From: an uncultured Acidobacteriota bacterium
Lineage (GTDB): Bacteria; Acidobacteriota; Blastocatellia; RBC074
DNA length: 64,000 nt
Assembly: GCA_963796275.1 (NCBI GenBank)
Contig: CAWCKY010000003.1
Location: forward strand, 704,001-768,000
Direction: 5' to 3'
Shown here: piece after piece, positions 43,226 through 55,130 of the stretch
How positions within the stretch are numbered: position 1 is the first letter of the stretch
How the letters are laid out: every line of letters begins with the position of its first letter
Notes under the pieces: model-generated
The model's database searches: none
The model's input: only the letters and a program-made list of their open reading frames with translations
Told to the model about the DNA's origin: nothing
Made by a program: the position numbers and the translations under genes

Positions 43226-44719
43226 ATGAAATTGAGAGAAGAGATCATCCACGAGTATAAAAAGGTATTGACGCGGCGCCATTTTTTCAAGGAGTGCGGC
43301 GTCGGTCTCGGTTCCATCGCTCTCGCCTCACTCCTCAATGAGGATATCCTCGCATCGCCCCTCCAAACGGGGCAAACGGGGCAAACGGGACAAAAGAACC
43401 GAAAAGGGCATAAAGGGCAAAATCCGCTGGCCCCGAAGACGCCGCATTTCACAGCCAAAGCGAAACGGGTGATCTACCTCTTCCAGGCTGGTGCACCCTC
43501 GCAACTCGACCTCTTCGATTACAAACCGGGGCTAGTCAAATATAACGGTAAGTCCGTGCCGCAGGAGCTGGTCAAAGGCATCAACTATGCGTTTATCAGG
43601 CCAGATGCGGGCCTCTACGCTTCGGAGTTCAAGTTTAATAAACACGGTCAATCGGGCGCAGAAATATCGGAAGCATTTACATTGCTGCCTCAGGTTGCCG
43701 ATTACATCACTATCATCAGATCGATGACCACCGAAGCGATCAATCATGCGCCGGGGCAGATTTTCATGAACACCGGATCGGTCCAATTCGGCCGTCCGAG
43801 CTTTGGCGCCTGGGTGACGTACGGGCTTGGTTGTGAGACGCAGGACCTGCCGGCATTTGTAGTACTGTCGTCGGCCGGCGGGACGAGCGGCGGCGCGGGA
43901 AATTGGGGCTGCGGATTTTTGCCGACGGTCTATCAGGGAGTGCCTTTCCGCCGTACCGGAGATCCGATCCTCTCGCTTGCGAATCCTCGGGGAGTCACAC
44001 GAAAAATGCAGCGCGAATCGCTCGATACGTTGAAAGCGCTCAATGAGCATCATCTCGAACTCACCGGCGATCTCGAGATAGCAACGCGCATCAACTCATT
44101 CGAAATGGCCTATCGGATGCAGGAGAGCGCTCCTGAATTGATGGATTTAACCAAGGAAAAGAAAGAGACGCTGGAGATGTATGGCGCGACCCCGGGCAAA
44201 GCCTCATATGCGAATAACTGTTTGCTCGCGCGGAGATTGATCGAGCGCGGCGTACGTTTCGTTCAGCTTTTCCACGAAGCGTGGGATCATCATAGCGAGG
44301 TTGTGAAGGGAGTTACCTCGCAGTGTAAGGCCACCGATCAAGGGACGACTGCGTTGCTCAAAGATTTAAAACAGCGCGGCCTGCTCGAAGACACAATCGT
44401 AGTCTGGGGCGGAGAGTTCGGGCGAACGCCGATGGTTGAGAGCGATCCGGAAGCAAGTCGTTCGAAGGGCCGCGACCATCACAACAAAGCTTTTTCGATC
44501 TTCGTCGCCGGCGGCGGGTTCAAACCCGGCATCACCTATGGCGAGACCGATGAGCTCGGCTTTAACGTCGCGAAAGATCCGGTTCAGGTTAATGACCTGC
44601 ATGCGACGATACTGCATCTGCTCGGTTTCGATCATACGAAATTGACTTATCGTTTTCAGGGGCGCGATTTCAGGTTGACTGACGTTCACGGTACTGTGCT
44701 CGATAAATTGCTCGCTTAA
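43226..44719 (+). CDS. DUF1501 family protein
   Basis: [50 protein letters not shown]. Confidence 0.93.
   Translation: MKLREEIIHEYKKVLTRRHFFKECGVGLGSIALASLLNEDILASPLQTGQTGQTGQKNRKGHKGQNPLAPKTPHFTAKAKRVIYLFQAGAPSQLDLFDYKPGLVKYNGKSVPQELVKGINYAFIRPDAGLYASEFKFNKHGQSGAEISEAFTLLPQVADYITIIRSMTTEAINHAPGQIFMNTGSVQFGRPSFGAWVTYGLGCETQDLPAFVVLSSAGGTSGGAGNWGCGFLPTVYQGVPFRRTGDPILSLANPRGVTRKMQRESLDTLKALNEHHLELTGDLEIATRINSFEMAYRMQESAPELMDLTKEKKETLEMYGATPGKASYANNCLLARRLIERGVRFVQLFHEAWDHHSEVVKGVTSQCKATDQGTTALLKDLKQRGLLEDTIVVWGGEFGRTPMVESDPEASRSKGRDHHNKAFSIFVAGGGFKPGITYGETDELGFNVAKDPVQVNDLHATILHLLGFDHTKLTYRFQGRDFRLTDVHGTVLDKLLA
43364..43423 (+). repeat. In-frame nonamer repeat (CAAACGGGG)n inside the DUF1501 gene
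   Basis: Encodes [20 protein letters not shown]. Confidence 0.85.
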
Positions 44720-44773
44720 AATCCAATGCAATCTGATTTTGGGGTAAAATAAGCTCACGAAAAACCCCGATTT

Positions 44774-45508
44774 ATGTCTGACGAATTATTGCGCCTTTCA
44801 AAACTGATGGCTGAAAGAGGCATCTGCTCCCGCCGCGAAGCAGATGCCTTTATCGCTGATGGCCTCGTTCTGGTTGACGGTGTAGTCGTGGATCAACTCG
44901 GCATTAAAGTTTCTCCGAACGTACACATTGCGCTCGCACCTAAGGCGCTGAGAAAACAGAAGGCCCTGGCCACTATCGTTTTGAACAAACCGGTCGGTTA
45001 TGTCTCAGCTCAGCCGGAACCTGGTTACACTCCGGCGATCAAACTCATCACTGCGGCCAATATGTTCGGCAAGTCCGAGCTGAAATTACGCCCGGAACAT
45101 ATGAAAAACCTGGCAGTCGCCGGGCGTCTGGATATCGATTCCCAGGGTTTACTCCTCTTCACTCAGGATGGAAGGCTGGCAAAGAAGATCATCGGGCCGC
45201 AGAGCGGGATCGAAAAAGAGTATCTCGTGCGTGTCGTCGGGGGCTTGCCCGATGAGCATCTGCGACTCCTGCGACACGGTCTTGCGCTTGATGGCAAATC
45301 GCTGTTGCCGGCTCAGGTTGAATGGATCAATCGCGACCAGTTGCGAATAGTGTTGACTGAAGGACGCAAGCGCCAGATACGCAGAATGTGCGATCTGGTC
45401 GGATTGAGAGTTACAGGTCTAAAACGTGTGAGGATCGGTACGATCAAACTGGGAAATTTGCCGGAAGGGAGGTGGCGATTTTTAGAATCCGGCGAGCATA
45501 TTGAATGA
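44774..45508 (+). CDS. Pseudouridine synthase, RsuA/RluB/RluF family
   Basis: S4 domain [40 protein letters not shown]. Confidence 0.92.
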   Translation: MSDELLRLSKLMAERGICSRREADAFIADGLVLVDGVVVDQLGIKVSPNVHIALAPKALRKQKALATIVLNKPVGYVSAQPEPGYTPAIKLITAANMFGKSELKLRPEHMKNLAVAGRLDIDSQGLLLFTQDGRLAKKIIGPQSGIEKEYLVRVVGGLPDEHLRLLRHGLALDGKSLLPAQVEWINRDQLRIVLTEGRKRQIRRMCDLVGLRVTGLKRVRIGTIKLGNLPEGRWRFLESGEHIE

Positions 45509-45523
45509 ACGATAGGAAACTTA

Positions 45524-45607
45524 CCGCAAAAATCACAAAAAACTACAAAAAGACGCAATTGGATATCTTGCGTTCTTGTATGTTGTAATTTTGTGAATTT
45601 GCCGCGA
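45524..45607. repeat. Imperfect IR (TCACAAAA ... TTTTGTGA) between convergent genes
   Basis: AATCACAAAAAACTACAAAAAGACGCAA ... TTGCGTTCTTGTATGTTGTAATTTTGTGAAT. Confidence 0.55.
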
Positions 45608-45608
45608 T

Positions 45609-46820
45609 TTATGTCGCGCGATCCGCGACCATCTGGTTGATTCGCTCGATGGCTTCCTTCAGCGCTTCGAGAGAATTCGCGTAGGAAAGCCGCAAATAGC
45701 CATCAGCGCCGAACGCCGAGCCGGCGGTCGTCACAACCCCGTATTTCCAAAGCAGTTCATCGGCGGCCTCCTTCGAACTCGCGAAACCGCAATTTGCCAT
45801 CAATCCCTTGATATTCGGAAAGGCATAAAACGCACCTTCCGGCTTGCCGCACTCGATGCCCGGTATCGCATTTAGCGCCGGTATGAACCAATTTGCCCGG
45901 CGTTGGTATTCAGTCAGCATCATATTGACCGAATCCTGCGGCTGGGAGAGAGCGGCGATCGCAGCTTTCTGCGAGATAGAAGCTGCGTGAGTCGCTGACT
46001 GGCTCTGAATCTTAATGACCTCCGTCACCCATTCCTGCGGCCCAAGCGTAAAGCCGACGCGCCAACCCGTCATAGCATAGGTTTTTGAGAGCGAGCCGGC
46101 GATCAGCACGCGCGCCCGCAGCTCGGGCGGTAACGCTGCCGCTGAATATGGATTTTGCGGAGGATAGACGAGTTGCAGGTAGCATTCATCCGAAATCACC
46201 CAGAGACCGTGCTCAACTGCAATTTGTACGATCCGTTTGAACTCGGCCGGATCGATGACGCGACCCGTCGGATTCGATGGGGAATTGATGATGAGCAATT
46301 TGGATTTGTGCGTGATCGCGGCTCTCACCAGCTCGGCATTCAGATGAAAATCGGTCGCTTCGGTATCGATGGATACCGGCTTGCCTTCGGCGAAGTTGAC
46401 GATTTCGGGAAATGAGACCCAGCAGGGATTTTCGAGCAGCACTTCATCGCCCGGGTCGATCAAAGCGAGGACGGCATTGAAGATGCCCTGCTTGCCGCCG
46501 AGCACGACGCAACACTGCTCGGGCAGATAATCGGACCCGAAATTCGAATTCGTATATTCACAAATCGCTTTGCGAAGAGGCGCGATTCCGCTGGCCGATG
46601 TGTATTTGGTGAAGTTCTCATCGAGCGCCTGTTTAGCGGCATTCTTGATGTGATCCGGTGTCGGAAAGTCCGGCTCGCCGGCCCCCAGATCGATTACTTT
46701 AACGCCCTGTGAACGAAGCTTTTCGGCAGCCATCACCACCATTGCGGTCGATGACAGCCTGGTCATCCGCGCTCGCTTGGAAGCCGGGAATCCGGAAATG
46801 GATATTGCGGTCGTGCTCAT
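45609..46820 (-). CDS. Aminotransferase class I/II (aspartate aminotransferase-like)
   Basis: [32 protein letters not shown]. Confidence 0.92.
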   Translation of the reverse strand: MSTTAISISGFPASKRARMTRLSSTAMVVMAAEKLRSQGVKVIDLGAGEPDFPTPDHIKNAAKQALDENFTKYTSASGIAPLRKAICEYTNSNFGSDYLPEQCCVVLGGKQGIFNAVLALIDPGDEVLLENPCWVSFPEIVNFAEGKPVSIDTEATDFHLNAELVRAAITHKSKLLIINSPSNPTGRVIDPAEFKRIVQIAVEHGLWVISDECYLQLVYPPQNPYSAAALPPELRARVLIAGSLSKTYAMTGWRVGFTLGPQEWVTEVIKIQSQSATHAASISQKAAIAALSQPQDSVNMMLTEYQRRANWFIPALNAIPGIECGKPEGAFYAFPNIKGLMANCGFASSKEAADELLWKYGVVTTAGSAFGADGYLRLSYANSLEALKEAIERINQMVADRAT

Positions 46821-47314
46821 TTTGCTCCATCGATTTGTTGTTTTATCTTCATTCGCCTGATGACGGCCTCGGGCACCAAACCTTCGATCGAACCACCTAA
46901 ATTGAATACTTCCTTGATCAGACTCGAGCTGATATAAGAATTGTTTTCTGAGGCGGTCAACAGGACCGTCTCGACCTCCGGATTAAGACGGCGATTCATC
47001 AAAACCATCGGTAACTCGTATTCATAATCCTTGACCGATCGTACGCCGCGCACGATCGCTTGCGCTTGTCGTTTGCGTGCGTAATCGACCAACAGACCTT
47101 CGAATATCTCGATTGTGACCTGGGCGAATCGCGGGTTGAGGACCTCGGTCAACATCTCGACGCGTTCAGCAACGGTAAACATGGGTTGTTTACCGGCATT
47201 GACGAGAATAGCGACGATCACTTCATCGAAGAGTTTGCACGCGCGCGCAATGATCTCCAGATGTCCATTGGTCAACGGGTCGAATGACCCGGGATAAATT
47301 GCTCGTCGTGCCAT
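46817..47314 (-). CDS. coaD: Phosphopantetheine adenylyltransferase
   Basis: [31 protein letters not shown]. Confidence 0.96.
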   Translation of the reverse strand: MARRAIYPGSFDPLTNGHLEIIARACKLFDEVIVAILVNAGKQPMFTVAERVEMLTEVLNPRFAQVTIEIFEGLLVDYARKRQAQAIVRGVRSVKDYEYELPMVLMNRRLNPEVETVLLTASENNSYISSSLIKEVFNLGGSIEGLVPEAVIRRMKIKQQIDGAK

Positions 47315-47372
47315 AGATTGATGTTAGCACATAGCGATTGTCAGAGACCACGCCTCGGGCATTATCGCGGCG

Positions 47373-47924
47373 TTAACGATCGCCGTAAAACGTCAGGCAC
47401 GATTCTCCCTGCACGATCTCGCGATATGGGCGCAATTGGTCGTAATCAGGAGTGAGCAGAGTCTGGCGGCGATGTTCGACGATCACTATGCCGTCTTCCG
47501 CCAGGATATTCTGTTTCGCAATCTGCCATAAGACAGGAGAATGGATATCCGAATCATAGGGCGGATCGAAATAGATGATGTCGAACTTCATTTCGCGGGA
47601 TGCTAGGTATTTAAGAGCTGTCAGCGCATCTCGATTGATGACGCGCACGCCTTCTCTGATATCGCACTGGCGGAGGTTCTCGCTGATAACCCCTGCCGCT
47701 TTACGTGACGACTCGATGAATGTTACGTTTGCTGCACCACGCGAAAGGGCTTCGATGCCGACGGCGCCCGATCCGGCACAGACATCGACGAAATCGGCTC
47801 CTTCGATCCGGGGCGCAAGCACATTGAATAACGTCTCACGCAACCGATCAGAGGTCGGGCGCACGCGCATTCCTTCGAGCGTCTTCAATCTGCGGCCTTT
47901 GTATATCCCGGCGATGACTCGCAT
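47373..47924 (-). CDS. rsmD: 16S rRNA m2G966 methyltransferase
   Basis: [38 protein letters not shown]. Confidence 0.95.
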   Translation of the reverse strand: MRVIAGIYKGRRLKTLEGMRVRPTSDRLRETLFNVLAPRIEGADFVDVCAGSGAVGIEALSRGAANVTFIESSRKAAGVISENLRQCDIREGVRVINRDALTALKYLASREMKFDIIYFDPPYDSDIHSPVLWQIAKQNILAEDGIVIVEHRRQTLLTPDYDQLRPYREIVQGESCLTFYGDR

Positions 47925-47928
47925 AAAA

Positions 47929-48024
47929 CAGTTTTCAGTTTTTAGTTTTTAGTTTTCAGTTCGCAGTAAATAGGAATGAAGTTTTCGATATGATAGCCGA
48001 TGGCTAGCTGAAAACTGAAAACTA
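47929..48024. repeat. Inverted heptamer arrays (GTTTTCA)n ... (TGAAAAC)n
   Basis: About 4 units on the left and 2 on the right; the right arm overlaps the galE stop. Confidence 0.8.
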
Positions 48025-48999
48025 TTCCTCATATCCCTCCGGATGTGCCTGATGCCAGCGCCACGCTGATTCGATAATGCGGTCGAGCTCGCTATGCCGG
48101 GGATTCCAACCCAGGTCGCGCATGATTTTGTCAGGATTCGCGATTAAAACCGGCGGATCGCCGGCGCGACGCGGCGCGGCCTCCGTCGATATCCATCGGC
48201 CCGTGACCTGACGCGCCATCTCGACAACTTCTGCGACCGAATACCCGTTACCATATCCTAAGTTATAAACATCGCTCCTGTTCTCCGTCACTCTCAGGGC
48301 CAATATGTGGGCGTTCGCAAGGTCTATCGCATGGATGTAGTCGCGCACACAGGTCCCATCCGGCGTATTATAGTCTTCGCCGAAAATATCGACATGGCTC
48401 GCTTCCCCGGAAGCTACTCGAAGTACATTGGGGATGAGATGCGTTTCAGGATCGTGGTCTTCACCGAACCGCTCGCTTGCACCCGCGGCATTGAAGTAAC
48501 GCAGACTGACATATCGCAATTGATAAGCCTCTTCATACCAGCGCAGCATGCGCTCAAAGGCCAGTTTCGACTCACCATAGGGAGTGGATGGCTGCAGCGG
48601 CATCTCTTCAGTGATCGGGACTGTCTCCGGCTCTCCATAGACTGCTGCTGTAGAAGAGAAGACGATACGTTTGATGCCGGTCGAGAGCATGGCATCGAGC
48701 AGCGCGGTCCCCGCCGATACGTTATTCGTGAAGTAAAGGTGCGGGTTTCGCATCGATTCTTCGGCCTGGCTTGAGGCAGCCAGGTGAATCACGGCTTCAA
48801 CCTTGTGCCGTTCGAAAGCGCCGATGAGTTTATCGCGCTCGCTTAGGCTGCCTTCGATCAGAATCGAATCCTCGGCAACTGCGGCGCGATGTCCTCTGCC
48901 CAGATCATCGTATACAACGGCTGCGTGGCCGTGCTCGATCAGTTGTTCAACGACGAGGCTGCCGATGTATCCGGCGCCACCTGTGACAAGAATATTCAC
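48022..48999 (-). CDS. galE: UDP-glucose 4-epimerase
   Basis: [40 protein letters not shown]; GTG start. Confidence 0.95.
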   Translation of the reverse strand: MNILVTGGAGYIGSLVVEQLIEHGHAAVVYDDLGRGHRAAVAEDSILIEGSLSERDKLIGAFERHKVEAVIHLAASSQAEESMRNPHLYFTNNVSAGTALLDAMLSTGIKRIVFSSTAAVYGEPETVPITEEMPLQPSTPYGESKLAFERMLRWYEEAYQLRYVSLRYFNAAGASERFGEDHDPETHLIPNVLRVASGEASHVDIFGEDYNTPDGTCVRDYIHAIDLANAHILALRVTENRSDVYNLGYGNGYSVAEVVEMARQVTGRWISTEAAPRRAGDPPVLIANPDKIMRDLGWNPRHSELDRIIESAWRWHQAHPEGYEE

Positions 49000-49018
49000 T
49001 TGAGGAAACTTTGTTTAG

Positions 49019-49984
49019 TTATTGGGGAGCCTGGCCTTGGCCGGTAGAATTGGTCTGTTGTCCCGCGCGAACGCATTGGCCGCCGATCGATATTTCACCC
49101 TGCTTGCAGTTATTTTCCAAACCGTTGCCGCGTTGTTGATTATTCGCTGTTCCAATCAAAGCCGCCCTGTTGAATCCGCCCGCGACTACCTGCACACCCG
49201 GGAAGAAAAGCGCGTGATCGTATGAATCTATTCCGTAATAGGATCGGAACATCTCGTCGGTTTTACGGCTGACGACGCCGATGATCGGCAGATTACCCGA
49301 TCCGCCAAGCCCGGGTGTATCAGGAGGACCGCCAGCCGGAGCGCCGGGTTCCGTTTGCGTGTCTGATTGCGTGTCTGATTGCGTGTCTGATTGCGAGTCG
49401 GATCCCTGTCCCGGAAGTTTGACCGATCCCATTTGCGCAAAGGTCCTGAGGGCGTTCGGCACCGGGACCATTATGCCATTCTGCTGTTGTTGTAATGAGA
49501 TGAGAGCATCCATCAACTCTTTCGGCAGAGGGTCGCCTGGATGAACGAGCCGCCAGTTGCTTTCTCCCGGCTCGCAAGGGGTCATCGGATCGCACAACGC
49601 TGATGGTCGCAGAAACCGCACCTTCTTAATGCCTACCATGACGCCTTCGACCAGCTCTTTGAGTTCTCTCGGATATTGGTTCTGACGAGCCATTGAGAAG
49701 AGCATCAGCGCTTTTTGAATTTGTTGACCCCGCCAGAGCATCTCTTCTTCGCGCTCACGCTGGGATTCATATTTGATTTGGGGCGCCGCGGCTGTGGTCA
49801 GAATCAGAGCGAAGAGCATGACACCCATCAGGCCAACGAGTGCATAACCGCGCTCGCCGGAATTTCCCACGGTTCGGCGCACCGGCATCTGCTCGGATAC
49901 GGACTGGATCCGTGAGCAGCCGTCGCACCCTTGTCGCTCCGATGCGAGTTTTTCGATGATTGTTCGTATAAACTTTTTGCTCAT
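49019..49984 (-). CDS. Type II secretion / type IV pilus pseudopilin-like protein
   Basis: Prepilin site ERG|[37 protein letters not shown]. Confidence 0.75.
   Translation of the reverse strand: MSKKFIRTIIEKLASERQGCDGCSRIQSVSEQMPVRRTVGNSGERGYALVGLMGVMLFALILTTAAAPQIKYESQREREEEMLWRGQQIQKALMLFSMARQNQYPRELKELVEGVMVGIKKVRFLRPSALCDPMTPCEPGESNWRLVHPGDPLPKELMDALISLQQQQNGIMVPVPNALRTFAQMGSVKLPGQGSDSQSDTQSDTQSDTQTEPGAPAGGPPDTPGLGGSGNLPIIGVVSRKTDEMFRSYYGIDSYDHALFFPGVQVVAGGFNRAALIGTANNQQRGNGLENNCKQGEISIGGQCVRAGQQTNSTGQGQAPQ
49355..49402 (-). repeat. 12-bp coding tandem repeat (SDTQ)
   Basis: (TTGCGTGTCTGA)3 plus one degenerate unit. Confidence 0.85.
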
Positions 49985-49985
49985 A

Positions 49986-50834
49986 TCAGCCATTTTCGCC
50001 GGTGAAATCGATCGTGTGTGTGACCTTGATAGTGGTATCTTCAAGCACGATCCGCTGCGGTGTGATGCTGATTACTTTCCAACGCCCTCCGAAAACGGAG
50101 TCCCTGGATACACTGAATGCCTGTTCGTCATTTTGTGCTTTAAGGACGGCAATCGCACCGGCCTTCCTCTCTATCCGGCCGATGTAGCGGTATGGCGGTG
50201 GAGGTGGCTCGGTAACATTGAGCGGGAGTTGATTTGAGTAGAGCTTGGCATCGCTGGAGCTGCGAACCAGGATACCCAGACTTCCCGCGCTCCTGATGAC
50301 ATCTCCGGTTACCCGCGTTCTCAATTCCCGCGCATTGACGACTGTGGTCTCGAATTCGCGGCCATTGATTAAAATTTTTCCGTCTTGCGGTATCTTTTCA
50401 CCGAAAACCGCCAGATTGAAATCCGGTGATCGAGCGAAGACGTTTCCCGGGTTCGCTGAAAAAAGGACGACCGGTGGCGGAATAGGAGTCGGCGTCGGCG
50501 TCGTCGGCTTGGGAGTGGGCGGAGGAGTCGGCGTCGGATAGATGAAAATATTTCGACCTGTTCCATCACCCGCCCCCGTACGGTCTGTCATTGATGCCAG
50601 ATCAAGCGGTTCCGAAATGGTCGGCACATTCTTGTCCCCCGCGCGCGGGGTCGCGGTGGCTGCCGGCGTGGCTCTCCCCCTTGCTGCACCTGATGCATTC
50701 CCCCGCGTCCTGTTATTTCCGCCGGTGAAGAACTGTGAATAAAGAACGCCGATCAAAACAACCCCCAGCGCGCCGAGCAGTATTTGCTTGCGCTTATCGC
50801 TCTTTTTTTCCGTCTTCGAATTATCCTGACTCAT
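49986..50834 (-). CDS. PilP/GspC-like bitopic protein with Pro/Thr linker and Ig-like (IPT-like) insert
   Basis: Single TM, RNIFIY followed by PTPTPPP, C-terminal YRYIG..G..FGGRWKVISITPQRI; position after pilO. Confidence 0.6.
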   Translation of the reverse strand: MSQDNSKTEKKSDKRKQILLGALGVVLIGVLYSQFFTGGNNRTRGNASGAARGRATPAATATPRAGDKNVPTISEPLDLASMTDRTGAGDGTGRNIFIYPTPTPPPTPKPTTPTPTPIPPPVVLFSANPGNVFARSPDFNLAVFGEKIPQDGKILINGREFETTVVNARELRTRVTGDVIRSAGSLGILVRSSSDAKLYSNQLPLNVTEPPPPPYRYIGRIERKAGAIAVLKAQNDEQAFSVSRDSVFGGRWKVISITPQRIVLEDTTIKVTHTIDFTGENG

Positions 50835-50846
50835 AATCAAGTCCTG

Positions 50847-51596
50847 CTATTGAGACTTTCCGGATGGCTTCTGAAAATAGGTATCCATTTCAATCTTCAA
50901 CGAGACGGGAATCGCTTCGGGGCTGCTCAGTTCGAACTGCTGTTGAGGCCTGCCCGCATTATTATTACCCTGAGCTCGTTGAAGTCTTTCAGCTTCTCCC
51001 TGAAACTGGACTGAATTGATGACCAGGAACTGTTTGCTGCGTTCGAGGTCGAAGATGAAACGCCGCAGGTTGCGATAGTCGCCGGTGACCGTGGTATCGA
51101 TGCCGAGCACCGGATAGAAATCTATCGCCTCCCGCGTCACTTTCCTGGTAGCCGGGCTGCCGTTCTCATCCGTTACCGGCGCGGGTTCGGTGAAATTATA
51201 GTTGGATCCGTCGGAGAGAATCTTATGCGTTTTGCATAATGCATTGATCTCGTCGATGATCTGCGTCATCCCGCGCGCATCGGGTTTCAGGTTATTTTCG
51301 AATTTGATCAGGCTGTCGAGAATCTTCTCTGCGTTCGCTGATTGTTCGCCTCGTTTCCGCTCTTCGATGCTCAGCTTGTCGAGCTGCTGGCGAAGTCCTT
51401 GTTCCTTGGCGCGAAGTGTTGCTGCCTGGGAGCTGATCGGTTGAATTTTCGTGAGGTAGAAGAACAGTACGATGACCGCAAAGATCAGAGCGGCGACCAA
51501 TGAGCCGATCTCGAAGACGCTCAGCCGCGCCTTGCGATGAAGGGTGCTCAGTAAATTCATTAACTCGGCTGCGTTGATCTGCGGTTTCAGGTTCAT
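50847..51596 (-). CDS. pilO: PilO/GspM family protein
   Basis: TM plus coiled coil plus GDYRNLRRFIFDLE. Confidence 0.7.
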   Translation of the reverse strand: MNLKPQINAAELMNLLSTLHRKARLSVFEIGSLVAALIFAVIVLFFYLTKIQPISSQAATLRAKEQGLRQQLDKLSIEERKRGEQSANAEKILDSLIKFENNLKPDARGMTQIIDEINALCKTHKILSDGSNYNFTEPAPVTDENGSPATRKVTREAIDFYPVLGIDTTVTGDYRNLRRFIFDLERSKQFLVINSVQFQGEAERLQRAQGNNNAGRPQQQFELSSPEAIPVSLKIEMDTYFQKPSGKSQ

Positions 51597-52219
51597 TGTT
51601 TCTTTTCAGCAATCTGATTATTTGTAGGCGGTTTGGGCTCGGCGCGGAGCGGCGTGTAATCGACTTTCAGTGAATACTCCACTTCTTCCGTGCCCTCGAG
51701 CGGTTTCATCGACAACGGGGATACCTTGAAGCGGCGGGTATCTTGGAACTTGTCGATCATTGAAGTCACGTCCTGCGCGCGTTTGCCGGTGACCTCGAGC
51801 AAGAGTGTCGCGGCTATACCGCTCCCCGCAATCGCTACCCCGTCTTCCTGCCCCTGAATTTGCGCGACATCCACCCGCCGGATGCGGACGGCGGGCGGCA
51901 AGTTGCGTTCAATATCGCTGAGCAACTGGGACCATGAGAATGCGCGCCTGTCCCTCAACTGACTCGCCGCAAAGAGCTGGCGGTTCTTTTCAGACGAGAT
52001 CGTTATGTTGCTCTGAGCCGGCTTCTCTAATTTCTTGAGTTGCGCTTCCAGACCGCTGACGCGAACTGTGCTTTCGGATATCTGGGAACGCAGCGTGGCT
52101 ATGCTCTTGATCGCCTGTACTCCCAGGAGCGACGGAATCGCGAAGAGAAGCGCTATCGCCAGCCAGAAGAGACGGCGATTTTGAAATGGTTCGCTTGCCA
52201 GGTTAACTAGTGGTTTCAT
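51593..52219 (-). CDS. pilN: PilN/GspL family protein
   Basis: VNLASEPF, TM, coiled coil, FSWSQLLSDIERNLP. Confidence 0.72.
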   Translation of the reverse strand: MKPLVNLASEPFQNRRLFWLAIALLFAIPSLLGVQAIKSIATLRSQISESTVRVSGLEAQLKKLEKPAQSNITISSEKNRQLFAASQLRDRRAFSWSQLLSDIERNLPPAVRIRRVDVAQIQGQEDGVAIAGSGIAATLLLEVTGKRAQDVTSMIDKFQDTRRFKVSPLSMKPLEGTEEVEYSLKVDYTPLRAEPKPPTNNQIAEKKQ

Positions 52220-52739
52220 AATTTCGCGATTGTGATTGCCATACAGTTATACAAATATTCGTTCGCAATTGGATCTGAGGATTGGGACAATCAAATCAAT
52301 GCCAAACTATAGCATAAATATCGTGGTAGCGAACAGCCGGTGAAAGGCAATCCTCAGTTGATTTAGACAAGAAACCGGAACGAATGCGACGGGGGGATTT
52401 ACGGATTTTTCCATATTGACCGTCGCGTCCGCGTTAGATCGCGGCTAATACTTACCCGGTATGAACCGATAGATCATAGCGCTAGGTAAAAAAATCGAGG
52501 TGATCGTCCAGCTCTTTTGCGTGGCTGACCACCTCACACAAACTACACACATCAACTAAACACGCGGTTTTTTGCAAAAGGTTCCTCGAATTTTTGCACG
52601 ACTAATCAAAAATGTAGTATTGCTTGATATTTAGCTGCCCCCTCGGCATACTTAACGACTCTTTCAGCGTGACCACCCCGAATCCCATAATAATGAGAAA
52701 CCAACATACCCGAGCAGCATCCGCATGATCCCATCCACC

Positions 52740-54494
52740 ATGAAAATATCGCGAGGGATTACAGGCGCGCGTTGGCGGTTGAGTCATTGTGATGAGACGG
52801 TCCTCGAAAAGCTCCGGAAAGAGACGGGCGAAGATGGCGTACTGCTGCGCTGTTTGCTCAACCGCGGTTTGACTAATGCCGATAGGATTAAAGAGTTCCT
52901 CGATCCACAGTTCACTCATCATCTGCACCCGCCGATGCTTCTGCGCGATATGGGGCGCGCCGTAGAGCGGTTGCGCAGGGCCGTGCGCGATAGCGAACGC
53001 ATACTTATCGTCACCGATTTCGATGTCGATGGGACGACCTCGAGCGTCATCATTTCTCAAACACTGAAACTGCTGGGCGGCGGAGGTTTGATCTCGTGCT
53101 ATATCCCTGACCGTTTCAGCGAAGGTTATGGGCTTTCCCGACAGATCGTCGAGCGTGCGGCGGCGGAAGGTTACCGGGTGATCGTCACAGCTGACATCGG
53201 GATCAAGTCGCATGCCGAAGCACGGCTGGCCCACGAGCTCGGGATCGATCTTATCATTTGCGATCACCATCTGCCGGATGGCGAAGATGTGCCGGCTGAA
53301 GCCTTCGCCGTGCTTTGCCCGAAAGGCTCTTCGGGAGCCGACTATCCGAATAAACACCTGGCGGCTTGTGGCGTTTCGCTCAAGCTCGCCGATGCCTTGC
53401 TCGATGGCCATGCCAAGCGGCTCGCTCTGCTGGCTTCGCTCGCCAAGTTGACGGCGATCGGCACGATCGCAGATATGGTCGATCTATCGGCCAATGAAAA
53501 CCGTGCCATCGTTGCGCACGGGTTGAAAGCGCTCTGTGAGCGGAGCAATAATCCGGGCCTGCGCGCGCTACTACGATTGGCGCAGGTCAACGATCCGATC
53601 ACGACATACGATATAGGCTTCAAGATCGGTCCACGAATAAATGCCGCCGGTCGCATTGCGCATGCCAACTCCATCCTCGCCCTTTTCGATGCCAAAACGG
53701 ATGAGGAAGCCACGATTCTGGCGCTCCAGCTCGACGCTCTCAATTCCGAACGCCAGCACATTCAACACGTGCTTCTCGAAAAATTGAAGAAGACCATCCT
53801 CGATCAACAGCCGGACCTCGAACGGGTGATAATTCTGGCGGGATCCAATGCGGAAGGATTTCATCGCGGCGTAATAGGTATAGCCTGCTCGAAAGTGGTG
53901 GAAATGACGGGACGTCCGACACTCATCTGTTCGGTCGATGACGAAGGGATCGCTCATGGCAGCGCGCGTTCGATACAGGGGTTTCATCTGGTGGAGGCGC
54001 TCGATCAGGTCTCTGACCTGCTGCTTAAATACGGCGGGCATCCGATGGCGGCGGGCTTCACTCTAGCTGAAGAAAAGATCGATGAGATGCGTCGCCGGCT
54101 CAATCTTCACGCGGAGAAAATGATACCTGATGATGAAATAGGCAGGACTCTGACAGCCGACGCGGAGATCTGTATCGATCAGGCGACCGTCGCGACGGCA
54201 CGCTCCCTTCAGCGGTTGGAGCCCCACGGCGTCGGGAATCCCGCTCCGCTGTTCTGGTTGCAGAATATCCCCCTCGATTCGCTTAAGTTGCTCAAGGAAA
54301 GACATCTCAAGTTAGCGGTTAGAAGTGAGACTGGAAAAATGGAAGCATTGTGGTGGAACGCTGCGGAGCATCGATCGAAACTCGATGGGGCAAAAGAGGT
54401 CAGCCTCATATGCCGCCTTGAGATCAACAGATGGAACGGCCGGGAGAACTGTCAGCTGAAGGTAATCGATGCGGCAGTTGACAAAACAAATTGA
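52740..54494 (+). CDS. recJ: Single-stranded-DNA exonuclease RecJ
   Basis: [41 protein letters not shown]; alternative start 52725. Confidence 0.95.
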   Translation: MKISRGITGARWRLSHCDETVLEKLRKETGEDGVLLRCLLNRGLTNADRIKEFLDPQFTHHLHPPMLLRDMGRAVERLRRAVRDSERILIVTDFDVDGTTSSVIISQTLKLLGGGGLISCYIPDRFSEGYGLSRQIVERAAAEGYRVIVTADIGIKSHAEARLAHELGIDLIICDHHLPDGEDVPAEAFAVLCPKGSSGADYPNKHLAACGVSLKLADALLDGHAKRLALLASLAKLTAIGTIADMVDLSANENRAIVAHGLKALCERSNNPGLRALLRLAQVNDPITTYDIGFKIGPRINAAGRIAHANSILALFDAKTDEEATILALQLDALNSERQHIQHVLLEKLKKTILDQQPDLERVIILAGSNAEGFHRGVIGIACSKVVEMTGRPTLICSVDDEGIAHGSARSIQGFHLVEALDQVSDLLLKYGGHPMAAGFTLAEEKIDEMRRRLNLHAEKMIPDDEIGRTLTADAEICIDQATVATARSLQRLEPHGVGNPAPLFWLQNIPLDSLKLLKERHLKLAVRSETGKMEALWWNAAEHRSKLDGAKEVSLICRLEINRWNGRENCQLKVIDAAVDKTN

Positions 54495-54507
54495 CGCTCT
54501 GTAATAT
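54478..54507 (+). promoter_or_regulatory. Putative tRNA promoter
   Basis: TTGACA-N18-TAATAT. Confidence 0.4.
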
Positions 54508-54539
54508 GCACTGTCGCACTAAATGCGGAGTGACCATTA

Positions 54540-54614
<75 letters not shown>

Positions 54615-54621
54615 CTTTTAA

Positions 54622-54650
54622 TATCAATAAGTTTTAGTATCAATAAGTTA
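54622..54650 (+). promoter_or_regulatory. Tandem IHF-like boxes
   Basis: TATCAATAAGTT twice, 16 bp apart; the second matches WATCAANNNNTTR. Confidence 0.55.
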
Positions 54651-54678
54651 TGGCTTCCAGATGGGAGCCATTTTCTTT
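54650..54678 (+). terminator. Intrinsic terminator after tRNA
   Basis: ATGGCTTCC-AGAT-GGGAGCCAT followed by TTTCTTT. Confidence 0.65.
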
Positions 54679-54730
54679 TAGTGTCACAATTCGAGATTTG
54701 GCGAAGCACAGGTCACCGAAAGTAACTGAG

Positions 54731-54780
54731 ATGAAAACCATCGGACTGATTGGCGGTATCCAGTTGGCCCCAACATCGAG
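54731..54780 (+). pseudogene. N-terminal remnant of aspartate/glutamate racemase family gene
   Basis: MKTIGLIGGI then, after a 1-nt shift, SW; resembles the MKTIGLxGGMSW family start. Confidence 0.55.
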
Positions 54781-54815
54781 CCGATTGTTCAGCATCACTA
54801 TTTTTTTTAGGATGT

Positions 54816-55130
54816 TCAATGGGATAACGTGCCGATCACGAGACCTGCCACTATGATCGCGAGCACGGCGGCGGCGGTGGCGGCAAATCGGTAGTCGCGG
54901 CCCTTTAGAAAGAGGACCAGCATCAGGATCACGCGCAGGATTGGTAACAGAATGAACAGCGCAATTCCGACGGTCACTACCTGCGAGCCGGTGGGAAACG
55001 GCGCACTCACCGGGAATAGCGGCCGCGCCATCCCGAGAGCGATCACCGCTGATGCCAGCCAGGTTCCGAAATTCAGCATTCCCGCCAGCAGCCCTTCGAT
55101 GCGGTTGGAATCCTTCTGATTCTCGCTCAT
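54816..55130 (-). CDS. DUF1634-like small membrane protein
   Basis: MSENQKDSNRIEGLLAGML..GIALFILLPILRV..RDYRF; ATGA overlap with the TauE gene. Confidence 0.8.
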   Translation of the reverse strand: MSENQKDSNRIEGLLAGMLNFGTWLASAVIALGMARPLFPVSAPFPTGSQVVTVGIALFILLPILRVILMLVLFLKGRDYRFAATAAAVLAIIVAGLVIGTLSH

